A DNA stretch of 63,520 bases, filler included, from Octopus bimaculoides (Eukaryota), in assembly GCF_001194135.2 (NCBI RefSeq). It is 5 parts of 5 records of this genome, joined end to end, with 100 filler letters (N's around TTAATTAATTAA, not from the genome) between each part and the next. Parts side by side here need not be neighbours in the genome. Positions count along the whole stretch, not along the records: positions 1 to 26,837 come from NC_068991.1; 4 more parts are not named here. One strand, given 5' to 3'. The notes beneath the pieces are model-generated. The model saw only the letters and a program-made list of their open reading frames with translations. It searched no databases and was not told the DNA's origin. Shown here piece after piece: positions 12,607 through 26,254 of the stretch (its first letter is position 1; each line of letters opens with the position of its first letter). Both the position numbers and the translations under genes were made by a program.

Positions 12607-12773
12607 GGGCGCAGGTGTGGCTCTGTGGTAAGAAGTTTGATTCTCATTCAACGTGGTTTCGAGTGTTCAGTCTCACTACGTGCAAACTTCGACAAATTTT
12701 CTACTATAGTCACGGGTCAACCAAAGCTTTTCAAGCGGTAACAGCTAAAAGAAGCCACATCTCGTGTGTGTGT

Positions 12774-12817
<44 letters not shown>

Positions 12818-13090
12818 CTGTGTGTGTGTGTACCTGTGTACGTGTGTGTGTGTGTTTGTGTGTGTGTGTTTGCGTGTCTTTATGCTTGAATCTGTTCCCC
12901 ACCACCATCACCACTACCACTTGACAACCGGTGTTGTTTTGTTTATGTCTCCGTAACTTAGTTTTTCAGCACAAGGGATCAAGAGAATAAGTACCAGGTT
13001 TTAAAAAAGTATGAACCTGAAGCTAAAACCCTTTAAGGCATTGCTACAGCATGTCCGCAGTCCAATCACTCCAACAAATGAATGATTAAA
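12607..13090 (+). mobile_element. SINE family B variant with internal (TG)n
   Basis: Same head, (TG)n and tail layout as 6481-6925. Confidence 0.75.
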
Positions 13091-13224
13091 AGTACATGAT
13101 TGCTTACAAATAAATTAGTCGAACACGTCGGTCCTAGTACTTATTTGTAAATCTAGTGCAAGGATCAACGAACCGGGATAAATTACCTCAAGTAGGGTAA
13201 AAATAAAATTCTTGGAGTTAATGA

Positions 13225-13504
13225 GGACTTTTTAGACATGGGCCCGGTTTCTATGGCATATGTGTTCCCCCAAGCTGGACGGAACGCCAGTCCATCACAG
13301 CGTTACTCAAGAAACAGGAAGAAAGAGTGAGAGAAAGTTGGGGCGAAAGAGTACAACAGGGGTCGCCACCTCCCCCTGCCGGAGCCTCGTGGAGCTTAGG
13401 TGTTTTCGCTCAATAAACACTCACAACACCCGGTCTGGGAATTGAAACCGCGATCCTCCGACCGCGAGTCCGCTGCCCTAACCACTGGACCATTGCGCCT
13501 CCAC
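13225..13504 (-). mobile_element. tRNA-derived SINE family C
   Basis: GTGGAGGCGCAATGGTCCAGTGGTTAGGGCAGCGGACTCGCGG...GGTTTCAATTCCCAG (A and B boxes) followed by a non-tRNA body. Confidence 0.8.
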
Positions 13505-13728
13505 AGAGTTCAATATAAGGAGTTATTTTGGAAAAGGATGAATATAGGAAGTATAAAGGGAAATAAGAGAATAAAAATAAAAGTAAAAATATATGTAGGA
13601 TGTTATAGTTGCGGTTCCATTATCCAAGGAAAGTGATGTGTAGAATGAGTAGAAATGCTTTTTGTCCGTGGTACGTAGATTCCGATGAGAGTTTATATTT
13701 TGTTGTTACAAAATATTATCATTCATAT

Positions 13729-13864
13729 GATAGGCTTCGTTTCAGTTTTCCTCCTCCACATCCACTCACAAGCTGTTGATCGTCCAGGGGTTATAGCAGA
13801 ATATACTTGCCGAAACCCAAATCCACATGGTTGGAAAGTAAGGTTCTTAACCACACAGCCACGT
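13729..13864 (-). mobile_element. SINE family B 5' head fragment
   Basis: Reverse complement GTGGCTGTGTGGTTAAGAACC...CCAACCATGTGG...GTGAGTGGATGTGG matches the family B head. Confidence 0.6.
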
Positions 13865-14344
13865 ATCTGCGTTGAATGTCTTCAATTCATATTTTTCTTA
13901 AATAATGTTCTGTTTGTCGTTAAAGAATCTACTTTTGACTTATTCGTCATTGAACGAGAATAAATCACATTTCCCAGCATGAATGACGTATGTAACAAAA
14001 CAAAAACAAAAAAAAACAGAGAAACTAAAAACAAAAGTGGGCAAATAGTTGATTTTCGCATTTATTAATTACGACATTATAAAGTTAACAGCTGCTCCAG
14101 AAGAAGCGCTATCAATTAAGAATTCATTGCAAGTGAATATTCACATGCAACGAATATATTTCTATATGTAATAGTATTGTTGGTTTGAGAACAAGAAACT
14201 GAATTTAATAATAAAATTATTAATACTTCAAATTTGAAAAGATGTTCAAAATTGTACGTTTAACTCTAACGCATCAACGTTTTTTAGAATATCTATTATG
14301 AAATCGAATCGACAACTTATCTATTATTACCAATGTAGCCATCT

Positions 14345-14581
<237 letters not shown>

Positions 14582-14797
14582 AGGGCGTCGAGCTGGCAGA
14601 ACCGTTAGCCCGCCAGGCGAAATGCTTAGCGGCATTTCGTCTGTCTTTACGTTCTGAGTTCAAATTCCACTGAGGTCAGCTTTGCCTTTCATTCTTTCGC
14701 GGTCGATAAATTAAGTACCAGTTGCGTATTGGAGTCCATCTAATCCACTGACCTCCTCCCCCAAAATTTCGGGCCTTGTGCCTAGAATAGAAAAGAT
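14582..14797 (+). mobile_element. tRNA-derived SINE family A, full length
   Basis: GGCGTCGAGCTGGCAGAACCGTTAG...GGGCCTTGTGCCTAGAATAGAAAAGA. Confidence 0.9.
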
Positions 14798-14814
14798 TAT
14801 AATTATTATTATTA

Positions 14815-15165
14815 CCTTTTCACAGCTTCTAACGCTGGAGAGGTACTACAATGTCAGCTGTTCACTACTAGTGATCTAAGATAACACCTCTTATTTTTTG
14901 AGCACCTTCCGGAGTATTCGAGCGGTTCGAAGCAGTGCTGTTTTCTGCAAGTGCTCCACCCTTATTGCAGCCCCTATTTGTTCCACGTACTTCTCGAGAT
15001 TTTTGCTTACTGTTCCCAGGGCTTCGACAATTATTGGTACTACTGCTACCTTTTTCATCAACCACTACTGCTTAACCTCCCAAGTTAACTTGTCATATTC
15101 CTCGACTTTTCTTTCTTCTTTATCGCATACCCTGTTGTCAGCTGGGCATGCTATATGTATGATGT
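14815..15165 (-). mobile_element. R4/Dong-like RLE LINE 3' fragment (family X)
   Basis: Minus translation IACPADNRVCDKEERKVEEYDKL...VVPIIVEALGTVSKNLEKYVEQIGAAIRVEHLQKTALLRTARILRKVL. Same 3' UTR as 46440-46516; ends in an (AAT)n tail. Confidence 0.85.
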
Positions 15166-15819
15166 GGTTACTCACTTTACTGGTTATTATAAAATTGACA
15201 ACTTATTATTTACTTATCTATCTGTTACCTTTATTATAGAATCGACTACTTATCATTGCTAAATCTGCGATATTTCTTATAAATTATATTGCTGGTAACA
15301 CTACTTATTTGCTCTTGGAGTAAATAAGTAATGTCACCAAGTAATGTTTTGTGCGCATACCCCAGTCCGCCTAGAATATTCTTAGAGAATCTTTGGGTTC
15401 ATTGGAAATTACTTTGAAAATACTGCAGCATTCCCCACACCCCCAAAAAACGTCAGATTTCCACTCTTTGTATAACTTTAATGAAAAGGTTTGTTAGATC
15501 AGAGCCGAGTTATATTTAAACAACAATAATTAGTATACGTCTCACAAGTGCGAAAATATAATCTGCTAGATTATATTTTATTAAGAGTATCAAGCACAAT
15601 ATAATCCGTTTAATAAAGTAAAGTTATATGCCGCCAAAGGCATAGATTTTCATAACGGAGATACAAAAAGTCATACGAAAATTAGCAATATTCATTTGAC
15701 ATCATGGGTTTATTGAAAATGGAATATTTAATCATAACATATAGGCTGAAAATCTTGGAATCATTGGTATTTGGCTTGTTTTGGTTCTGTAGATGACAGA
15801 AATGTTAAAGCTAATTCGC

Positions 15820-16015
15820 TAGTTTTTTAATTTCCATATATATCTGGGGAAACTTGTGTTGTTCTCATTTCCTTTGATTTGATGATGTCTGGTTATATGG
15901 TTATAATAGTGGTAATTGGATTTTCCTTCAATCGTTCCGATCTTGTATTTTGTAGTAATGTCATTATTTCTGTTACTAATTGAGTATACTTTAACAGAAT
16001 ATATTACTTAAATTG
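15820..16015 (-). mobile_element. Penelope-like element GIY-YIG remnant
   Basis: Frameshifted motifs NLVIYSVKV, YKIGTIEG, YYNHITR, NTSFPRYIWKLK, in the order expected for a PLE endonuclease. Confidence 0.55.
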
Positions 16016-17659
16016 ATTTCTATAGACAGATTTCCTAACGTAGTTAGGTCATGACCCTTTATTTTTCCAAATACAATATATATTATACTCCGTAGAATTA
16101 GCCGCCGGATTCGATAGGATATTTTTCAGGCTTGTTGTTTTCCATTGAACAACTGTTGCTTAATGAAAAATATGTCTCAGTACAAAAATGTTTGGCATTC
16201 ATTTATAATATAACACAACAGCTGTTGAGATTGCTAATTCTCTTTCATTCAGTTCCTTTATATTACATATATATGTTGAGAGAGCTGTGGCGTTCCAAGC
16301 TGGGCAATGATGCCGTCAGAGAAGCTTTAGAATAACACGCTATTATATCAGTCTAAATAAACTTTGAGTCACTCTACTTTTCTATTAAGTATTTCTTCTA
16401 TTCCTTATTACCATTATATAAATGTATAATCATATGTGTATGTGTGTGTGTGGATATATATATNNNNNNNNNNNNNNNNNNNNNNNNNNNNNNNNNNNNN
16501 NNNNNNNNNNNNNNNNNNNNNNNNNNNNNNNNNNNNNNNNNNNNNNNNNNNNNNNNNNNNNNNNNNNNNNNNNNNNNNNNNNNNNNNNNNNNNNNNNNNN
16601 NNNNNNNNNNNNNNNNNNNNNNNNNNNNNNNNNNNNNNNNNNNNNNNNNNNNNNNNNNNNNNNNNNNNNNNNNNNNNNNNNNNNNNNNNNNNNNNNNNNN
16701 NNNNNNNNNNNNNNNNNNNNNNNNNNNNNNNNNNNNNNNNNNNNNNNNNNNNNNNNNNNNNNNNNNNNNNNNNNNNNNNNNNNNNNNNNNNNNNNNNNNN
16801 NNNNNNNNNNNNNNNNNNNNNNNNNNNNNNNNNNNNNNNNNNNNNNNNNNNNNNNNNNNNNNNNNNNNNNNNNNNNNNNNNNNNNNNNNNNNNNNNNNNN
16901 NNNNNNNNNNNNNNNNNNNNNNNNNNNNNNNNNNNNNNNNNNNNNNNNNNNNNNNNNNNNNNNNNNNNNNNNNNNNNNNNNNNNNNNNNNNNNNNNNNNN
17001 NNNNNNNNNNNNNNNNNNNNNNNNNNNNNNNNNNNNNNNNNNNNNNNNNNNNNNNNNNNNNNNNNNNNNNNNNNNNNNNNNNNNNNNNNNNNNNNNNNNN
17101 NNNNNNNNNNNNNNNNNNNNNNNNNNNNNNNNNNNNNNNNNNNNNNNNNNNNNNNNNNNNNNNNNNNNNNNNNNNNNNNNNNNNNNNNNNNNNNNNNNNN
17201 NNAGATATTTATATATTTTTTTTTTTATGTTATACCTGTTAAACTTTCGAGTGTACAATTTTTATGAAATTTCGTGAAATCAATACAGTCAGAAGAATCT
17301 GAAATAAAATCTCTTTTCTTTTTTAAATTTTTTTATTTTCTTCCTCTTACATTGACATACTTATTCCGATAATTATTTCCCACTTTGAACGGCAGCAAGT
17401 AAAATGTCTTTGGAGAAATTCGGTAAAAGTTTTCGGGCAAGTTCGCTTCTCTGCCTCTATTTAGGTATTGATTAAATGCCAGAAGCGTCCAAGCGAACGG
17501 TTTTTATTGTGAAAACTACCACATTCTCTGAAAGGTTTCCATTTCACCTCATTTTCTGTATAAAAACTCCCATTCGTTTCCCTGTACTCCTCACCCTCGC
17601 ATTTTCATTTAGCATATATCTGAAATATACAGATACATATATTCCCTCATTCAACCATT

Positions 17660-17878
17660 TACTTCTCTCTCTCCATCTCTCTCTCTCTCACTCTCTCTCT
17701 CTCTCTCACTCTCTTTCTCACTCTCTTTCTCTCTTTCTTTCGCTCTCTTTCTCCCACCCCTGTATTATTAATCAAGTATGTGTTTATCTATTTCTCTTTA
17801 TCTCTTTTTGCCCATCAATCTGTCTATCTATTTGTACCTCTCATCATCTCACTCTATCCATCTCTCCCTGCTTGTCTG

Positions 17879-17954
<76 letters not shown>

Positions 17955-18511
17955 TAGGCTTCTGTTGCTGCATATATATGTATGCATAGAACTATCTGTC
18001 CATCTACAGACATTTCTGTCTGTCTTCCTAACTGTCTACCAACCTATTTATCCCACTTCCTCTCTTACTCTCTCTCTNNNNNNNNNNNNNNNNNNNNNNN
18101 NNNNNNNNNNNNNNNNNNNNNNNNNNNNNNNNNNNNNNNNNNNNNNNNNNNNNNNNNNNNNNNNNNNNNNNNNNNNNNNNNNNNNNNNNNNNNNNNNNNN
18201 NNNNNNNNNNNNNNNNNNNNNNNNNNNNNNNNNNNNNNNNNNNNNNNNNNNNNNNNNNNNNNNNNNNNNNNNNNNNNNNNNNNNNNNNNNNGAACAAGTA
18301 AAAGAAGATATACATACAAGCCTACATACATAGATGCATATTATAAGAAAATTTCAAATTCTTTTTTAGAAGGCAATGTGCATCTCTCTTCTTTCGGTAT
18401 TATGCATCAATACGTCCTTTTCCCTCTCTTCCTTCACCATTTGAAGAATTCTCTTATTCTTTTTGTGGTCTTTCTTACTTTACTACTCCTTACCTCCTAC
18501 CTCCTCCCCTT

Positions 18512-18546
<35 letters not shown>

Positions 18547-18807
18547 TTCTCTCTTGATGATTTGCTTTCTTTTTCTCCTTTGCTTGATCGTCTGTCAATC
18601 AATCAAAATTGCTTATCTCTTACCCTTACCCGTCTCTCCATTCACATACACACACGCACACACATACTCACACACTTACAGCATAGACACAAATTCACAC
18701 ACGCTCCTGTTCTTTTTCCTCTCTCCACCCTTTTCTACATCCCTCCCTACGCTCTCTGTCCTCTCCCTTCTGACTCTTTCTGATGCTATTTCTAGTTCTG
18801 TGTCTCC

Positions 18808-18856
<49 letters not shown>

Positions 18857-18900
18857 CCTCTCTCCCTTCCTTCCTTTTTTCCACGTGTTTCCTGCTTTCA
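17660..18900. repeat. Extended CT-rich / (CT)n / (CTAT)n low-complexity block
   Basis: Multiple (CT)n and (TATC)n tracts around a gap. Confidence 0.85.
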
Positions 18901-19269
18901 ACTTGACTGCCTGAGCTAAACTTCATTAAATTGGCTCCTTTTATCCGAAGTTACACGTTCTTCCTTTCTCTATTCCTTCAATATATTCCTATGTTTCCAT
19001 CCTTCTGCCAAACACTATAGTTAACTGTCTACAATTTATTACCTTCTCTTTCTTAAACAGAATATCGATTTCTCTTTTCTGGGCATAAATTCAATGTTAT
19101 TGTTGTTCTTATTCTTTTTATTATTGTTTTTGTTTAGCCCTAGACTAGTCCTGATACAGGACACCTAAGATCAAATGTCCATAACTGCGCCGGCGTTTTC
19201 TATTCTTTTAGATACAGTATGTCTAGGACTACACTGTCCGATGCGTCGGGGACACAGACATAACTGAAA

Positions 19270-19590
19270 TTTTTAAGAACTTCGCTTCGCAACCATGAGG
19301 TCTCGGGCTCGATCTCACAGTGTGGTACCTTTGGGGAGTACACTTACCATTGCCTTACATTGACCACAGCGTTGCGGGTGGACTTGGGTAGAAGGAAACT
19401 GTATATAAGCCCATCGAGTGGGTTGTATCTGTGCTTCAAAAGTCCAGCCTTGTCACACTCTGTAATTCAGATTCCACTAACGAATTACATTAAAGGAATA
19501 TACACATATCTGTGGAATACTCGACCGCCTCACCCGCTAACGCAACGAGTACGTTCTCCAGCTGGTTGAACTACTGAGTACTTTTTCGCC
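19270..19590 (+). mobile_element. Diverged SINE, family B-related head with a different tail
   Basis: CTTCGCAACCATGAGGTCTCGGGCTCGATCTC...GTGGACTTGGGTAGAAGGAAACTG...AAGCCCATCG resembles the family B head. Confidence 0.5.
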
Positions 19591-19614
19591 GCAACCGACG
19601 TGATAGTTCATTAT

Positions 19615-19645
<31 letters not shown>

Positions 19646-20968
19646 GTCGTCGTCGTCGTCGTCGTCATCAAACGCATCTAATCTAATCTAGTCCCACCAC
19701 ACGGTACTAGACGACCCAGTTAAATGGATCCACTTAAATGGGTCATCCCTTTAGCAAGCTTCTAGAGCATGGCTCCATTTCGAGGATAAGAAAACATCGT
19801 CCCTTTCTCCCACAATTCTCGGCGACACTGGAAAGTGACATGGGCATGCCCCTCCTTCTCTGGCTACATTATAAAATATCGTGATGATTCAGTAGACTTT
19901 AAACTTCAGTTTCCGAGCAAGTCGAGTGGCCGCATAGAGGCTTTCTCAATGGAAGGCGGGGGTCGCAAGAAGGAATATCGATCAGTAGGGTTCCCATGCA
20001 TATTCACAGCCCTTATACAAAACACTTGACCCCTACGTTGATAAAATAAATCAGCGAAAATCTGTGACCACCCACGGACTGGTATAATATAAATGCAGCT
20101 TTTGTGGCTGTCACTTTTTCTCCCTAGTTTAGCTCTGAGCGAGTGGGTCGATGACCAAAATCATTATGTTTGCATCAACCACATACTTCAGTATAACCCA
20201 AGACCACACAATTCAACATATCCTTCCCTTTCTGTAGACTAGAATTTCTCTGATATTTCATTGCCAAGAACCACTTTCATTTCCCACGGGCATCCAACCC
20301 TTTTAAAAAGTCTGTCTATTCACCAAATTTCGAAGTTAGCTCTTCGACCCAACCCTGCACGTTTTTCAGAGGGCCTCGCAGGATCCAAAGACCTTCAAGG
20401 ATCCATATAATTCTGGCTGAGAACCATTGTTCTACACGACAGGTTTGGTGAAAGATAAAAAAAGATTTAGCTACCATATCTAGTTGAGTAAGGAACAACG
20501 TAGAGGCTCTCTCGTTGGTCTTTTTATCGATGTGATTGTCATCCTTATTTACTTACAGTAAATATTTTGTTGATAATAGAAGATTCTCCATTACGGGTAT
20601 GAGAACACTTTCAGATTAAAGTATTCAAGAATTCTGGAGGAAAACTCAATATCTTCGAATCACATTCAGAGAATCTTGGATCCGTGTTGTTTTTTTATAA
20701 TCTTTGTTTTTCTCTTTTATCAGTTTTTCTAGTTTTTTTTCTGTTTTTGTCGGCTATTTTTTTTTTCTTTTTCGATTTGTTTTTCTTTTCTTCGAGAAAT
20801 TTTTTAAACGCAAGTTTAATTCTAACATTTGTTGGGTTTGCGGGAATTTGAAACAAAACAACAACAGAAACCAACATCAATAAAATAGTTTACAGTCAAT
20901 TGAATAACAAGAAATTGTCATGTTGCTTGGAGGCTTTACAGTTTTTACAAAGAATAACNNNNNNNNNN

Positions 20969-21004
<36 letters not shown>

Positions 21005-21025
21005 CTATTTAACTATGTATCTATT

Positions 21026-21061
<36 letters not shown>

Positions 21062-21420
21062 GGGTAAGCGAGTAGATGAGTGAGCGGATGAGCGGAAAGA
21101 CAGACAAAGGGCAAAAGACTGCTTAACAGAAAAAAAATGCGAAAGAACTTTTGGTTTAGAATAAATTATTGGTTATTTACTGTTTAATCAGAAGTGGAAT
21201 GGCAATGCTGTGGCCTTTAGACATTCTTCAAGACTTATGGAAGAGAGAGAGAGAGAGAACGAGAACCAGGAAATACCACCACTAATGGAATGGTGGTGCA
21301 ATAGGGAAAAAGTGAAGCAAGGCATCAAATTATTTTCTGACCATAGATTTGGTTTGTCCCCGTAACTTAGCGGTACAGCAAAAGAGACTTCTGCCTATAG
21401 TAGAAAGAATTATTATTATT

Positions 21421-21664
21421 TTATGTTTGACTTTTGCTTTGTATTTGTACAAGTTGACTCCAAGTCTCACCCAAAGACCTCAAGAGATAACAACTTAGAA
21501 GTTCATGTCTGTTTTATGCCTAGGGTTTCATATATTTGGATTTGTACATAGTGTTGTTCTAGAGAATGTTTAAGAAACCATAAGAAAATTGTGTTTGTTT
21601 TAAAATTTGAGATTACATAGACAGTATTTTACGTAGGATATGGGCAGTTCTCATGAGCACTATC

Positions 21665-21667
<3 letters not shown>
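21421..21667 (-). mobile_element. R4/Dong-like LINE 3' end (family Y), 5'-truncated, flanked by TAA repeats on both sides
   Basis: Minus KIVLMRTAHILRKILSM* plus a 3' UTR homologous to 42590-42787. (ATT)n at 21409-21420 and from 21668. Confidence 0.8.
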
Positions 21668-21707
<40 letters not shown>

Positions 21708-22055
21708 NNNNNNNNNNNNNNNNNNNNNNNNNNNNNNNNNNNNNNNNNNNNNNNNNNNNNNNNNNNNNNNNNNNNNNNNNNNNNNNNNNNNNNNNNNNNN
21801 NNNNNNNNNNNNNNNNNNNNNNNNNNNNNNNNNNNNNNNNNNNNNNNNNNNNNNNNNNNNNNNNNNNNNNNNNNNNNNNNNNNNNNNNNNNNNNNNNNNN
21901 NNNNNNNNNNNNNNNNNNNNNNNNNNNNNNNNNNNNNNNNNNNNNNNNNNNNNNNNNNNNNNNNNNNNNNNNNNNNNNNNNNNNNNNNNNNNNNNNNNNN
22001 NNNNNNNNNNNNNNNNNNNNNNNNNNNNNNNNNNNNNNNNNNNNNNNNNNNNNNN

Positions 22056-22156
22056 AGTACTGTTTTCTGCAAGTGCTCCATCCTTATTGCAGCCCCTATT
22101 TGTTCCACGTACTTCTCGAGATTTTCGTTCACTGTTCCCAGGGCTCCGACAATTAT
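22056..22156 (-). mobile_element. R4/Dong-like LINE fragment (family X)
   Basis: IIVGALGTVNENLEKYVEQIGAAIRMEHLQKTV; runs into a gap. Confidence 0.8.
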
Positions 22157-22227
22157 GTATGTATGTATGTATGTATGTATGTATGATATAATATGATATG
22201 TAATATATGCATATATACCATATACAA

Positions 22228-22275
<48 letters not shown>

Positions 22276-23355
22276 TAATATGTAGAGATGTAGATATATA
22301 CATTTAAACGGAATCCAGACAAATCTCTTCAACGAATACCAGATAAGCTACCTATACCTGGATACAACTCACTCAACAAGAACTCCCTACTCGAATGGAC
22401 CATGCTACCACAAGACTTGACTTAAAAAAGATTTAGCTAATCCTATCAGGTGGTGCCATTTAGTTAAACATTGTTNNNNNNNNNNNNNNNNNNNNNNNNN
22501 NNNNNNNNNNNNNNNNNNNNNNNNNNNNNNNNNNNNNNNNNNNNNNNNNNNNNNNNNNNNNNNNNNNNNNNNNNNNNNNNNNNNNNNNNNNNNNNNNNNN
22601 NNNNNNNNNNNNNNNNNNNNNNNNNNNNNNNNNNNNNNNNNNNNNNNNNNNNNNNNNNNNNNNNNNNNNNNNNNNNNNNNNNNNNNNNNNNNNNNNNNNN
22701 NNNNNNNNNNNNNNNNNNNNNNNNNNNNNNNNNNNNNNNNNNNNNNNNNNNNNNNNNNNNNNNNNNNNNNNNNNNNNNNNNNNNNNNNNNNNNNNNNNNN
22801 NNNNNNNNNNNNNNNNNNNNNNNNNNNNNNNNNNNNNNNNNNNNNNNNNNNNNNNNNNNNNNNNNNNNNNNNNNNNNNNNNNNNNNNNNNNNNNNNNNNN
22901 NNNNNNNNNNNNNNNNNNNNNNNNNNNNNNNNNNNNNNNNNNNNNNNNNNNNNNNNNNNNNNNNNNNNNNNNNNNNNNNNNNNNNNNNNNNNNNNNNNNN
23001 NNNNNNNNNNNNNNNNNNNNNNNNNNNNNNNNNNNNNNNNNNNNNNNNNNNNNNNNNNNNNNNNNNNNNNNNNNNNNNNNNNNNNNNNNNNNNNNNNNNN
23101 NNNNNNNNNNNNNNNNNNNNNNNNNNNNNNNNNNNNNNNNNNNNNNNNNNNNNNNNNNNNNNNNNNNNNNNNNNNNNNNNNNNNNNGTATCACACAGTAA
23201 TGTTCTCGTGTAAAAAGAGGGGAGGACAGTTTAGGTTTGGCCGTAGAAAGAAAAGCCTACGGAAAAGACCACGGTAACCTTGGTCAATATTCCCATTGAA
23301 GAAACTATAACAGTAAGTGACTCTCTTTTGCCTTTTTGTTTTTTTTTTTTTTTCT

Positions 23356-23405
<50 letters not shown>

Positions 23406-23870
23406 CAGAGACTGAGTGACAAACAGTATCCCCATTGCCACATGTCCTACCGAAGACTACATGTCTTGCCTCCATGTTAGTGATAATAAGGAATGGAACT
23501 AGTAACAGTGGTGGAGTTAATAGCGGTAGGAGATCTTTTTGTTTTTTTCTATAACGCTATTTTATAAAAGAATGTTCTATTAAGCAAAGAATAGCATTCT
23601 GGAGAACGGAAGATTCCTGAAATAGAAATGGAGACACAATCGAAGACAGGGGAAAGCGAACCATAAAATGCATTCGTTCGGAAAGGATCATTACTTTTAA
23701 CAAGCTTGAAAACACAGGCAACAGTAACATTGATGTATGTTTTAGTATGCACGTGATGTGATTGTGCTAGGGGATAGGTGTGTGCGCGTGTGTGTGTCTG
23801 TGTGTGCGTGTGTATGTGTGAATGTATATATGTGTGTGTGTATGTGTGTGTGTGTGCGTGTGTGCGTGTG

Positions 23871-23909
<39 letters not shown>

Positions 23910-24261
23910 GCAGATAGATATGTCCGACTATAAATATACGTGTAGGTATATGTAATGTATACATGATTGGCTGTATACATACATATATATGTATGTGCGT
24001 GTGTGTCTGTGTTTATGTATGTATAGATGTATGTAAATGCACACACACATATAAACACACAAAGTTGGAATTGCATTCATACCGACATACAAATTTACAT
24101 ATTCGAATCATTTACACTGATACAGATCAGATAGTATGTTGTACTTACGTCTTTGTGTGTGTGTGTGTGCGTGTTTTTTTTTTGTGTGTGCACATATATG
24201 CATGTTCTACATATATGCATATTTACACAGACACATACACACACGCACATATATATACATG

Positions 24262-24296
<35 letters not shown>

Positions 24297-24930
24297 NNNN
24301 NNNNNNNNNNNNNNNNNNNNNNNNNNNNNNNNNNNNNNNNNNNNNNNNNNNNNNNNNNNNNNNNNNNNNNNNNNNNNNNNNNNNNNNNNNNNNNNNNNNN
24401 NNNNNNNNNNNNNNNNNNNNNNNNNNNNNNNNNNNNNNNNNNNNNNNNNNNNNNNNNNNNNNNNNNNNNNNNNNNNNNNNNNNNNNNNNNNNNNNNNNNN
24501 NNNNNNNNNNNNNNNNNNNNNNNNNNNNNNNNNNNNNNNNNNNNNNNNNNNNNNNNNNNNNNNNNNNNNNNNNNNNNNNNNNNNNNNNNNNNNNNNNNNN
24601 NNNNNNNNNNNNNNNNNNNNNNNNNNNNNNNNNNNNNNNNNNNNNNNNNNNNNNNNNNNNNNNNNNNNNNNNNNNNNNNNNNNNNNNNNNNNNNNNNNNN
24701 NNNNNNNNNNNNNNNNNNNNNNNNNNNNNNNNNNNNNNNNNNNNNNNNNNNNNNNNNNNNNNNNNNNNNNNNNNNNNNNNNNNNNNNNNNNTATACATAT
24801 ATATATACATATGAAAAGTAAATCAGTGTAAACAACAAAATTCAGTTCATAAAAAACAAAGCAAAACTGGAAAGTAAAATAAAAGGCATTTGATGTTTCT
24901 ATTGCTGGCAGAATATATATATATATATAC

Positions 24931-24969
<39 letters not shown>

Positions 24970-25379
24970 CTTATATGCGTGTTTGTAAGTACGTATATAT
25001 ATATATATTCATACTCAGTTGGCCTTATGTCAGAGATAGAAGCACACTGAATAATATTGAGAGACCAGTTATATTTTTATATCATGAAACTGTTTATTAC
25101 TGGTCATGGAATACAACTGGTCAAACGGTCACTGTCGAATATTGCAACTAGAAAATGTTGAACATTACTGAGACAGGATAGCTGGAGCGTCTTGCCTCCC
25201 TGGCGCTGGATTTACATTGACCCTAGGCTGTTTCAATCGTGGCAAAAGGGTGAATCAACATTTAGTGAAAAATATCTATAGGTTGAAAAAAAAAGAGGCA
25301 GAGGTATTCTCCGTGGATCGCTGTTCGCCACTGATGAAGTGTGTAAGCAGTGTGTGTATCGTTCTCTAGCTCAAAAATG

Positions 25380-25755
25380 AACATGACCACTTTGCCAAAA
25401 CGAATTTGCGCCCATGAGCACACTACCCGAAAATTTCGCTCTTCGAGTTCAAGAATTTATTTGCAACGTGTAAATATTTTTAAGAATTTTTTCTCCGCCA
25501 GGCAGGGGCTACATCTCCTTCTACTATTAAGATACAGCCTAGTTTGTTACAACAATCTCCCTTGATGTTATATGATGATGCCTTCTCTTTTAATCGGCAT
25601 ATATAGCCAGAGTCAATATACCTTCAGCACATAAGAGGCTATGCACTTCCGACCGATATGTCTGAAGAGTCATTCATATTGTCTAGCGCTAATATTCGGT
25701 GCGAAACTAACGGTAACATTCTGACCACATTATGTGCCACAACCAGCAATGTATT
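25380..25755 (-). mobile_element. Penelope-like element GIY-YIG C-terminal remnant
   Basis: CSPCLAEKKFLKIF and FLNSKSEIFG*CAHGRKFVLAKW match the PLE CxLCLxEK...LNxRxE...CxH ending. Confidence 0.55.
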
Positions 25756-25779
25756 GGCGGAATATATATACATACATAC

Positions 25780-25831
<52 letters not shown>

Positions 25832-25975
25832 GTGTATGTGTGTGTGTATGTATGTATGTATGTATGTATGTATGTATGTATGTATGTATGAGTGTGTTTA
25901 TGCATGTATGTTTGTATGCGTATGCATGTATATAAATATATATAATTATTTCTTTAGAAGGATGAAACTCTAAGC

Positions 25976-26254
25976 CATTGGTTCCCAAACTTTTTCGGGC
26001 TGCTGCCCCCTTGACGCCCATCCTACATTCCTACTGCCCGACCCCGACAAACCATCACAAACACAGACGCCTTTCTGAAGCAAATTCAAAGCAACGGTAT
26101 TTCACAAAACTTAACCTAATAAACCCATTGTTTTGTTGGTTTTACATTAATCGCTACCCCATTATTGCCCCACTTTTCTTCAATGTCCCCTTGGAACCTT
26201 CCATTGCCCTCGGAGGTGGGTGGGGGGCAATACCGCCCACTTCGAGAACCACTG
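25976..26254. mobile_element. hAT (Charlie-type) MITE
   Basis: Termini CATTGGTTCCCAAAC and reverse complement CAGTGGTTCTCGAAG. Flanking 8-mers CTCTAAGC and CTCCAAAT (5 of 8 identical) resemble a decayed NTCTAGAN TSD. Confidence 0.65.

Noticed and set aside
13420-13504. tRNA-like sequence with A and B boxes (also 1215-1300)
   Set aside because: The anticodon and acceptor stems do not pair and it continues into a repeat body; it is a SINE head, not a tRNA gene.
25320-25350. CTGATGAAG next to a Penelope remnant
   Set aside because: On the strand opposite the PLE ORF and with no downstream stem II or GAAAC.
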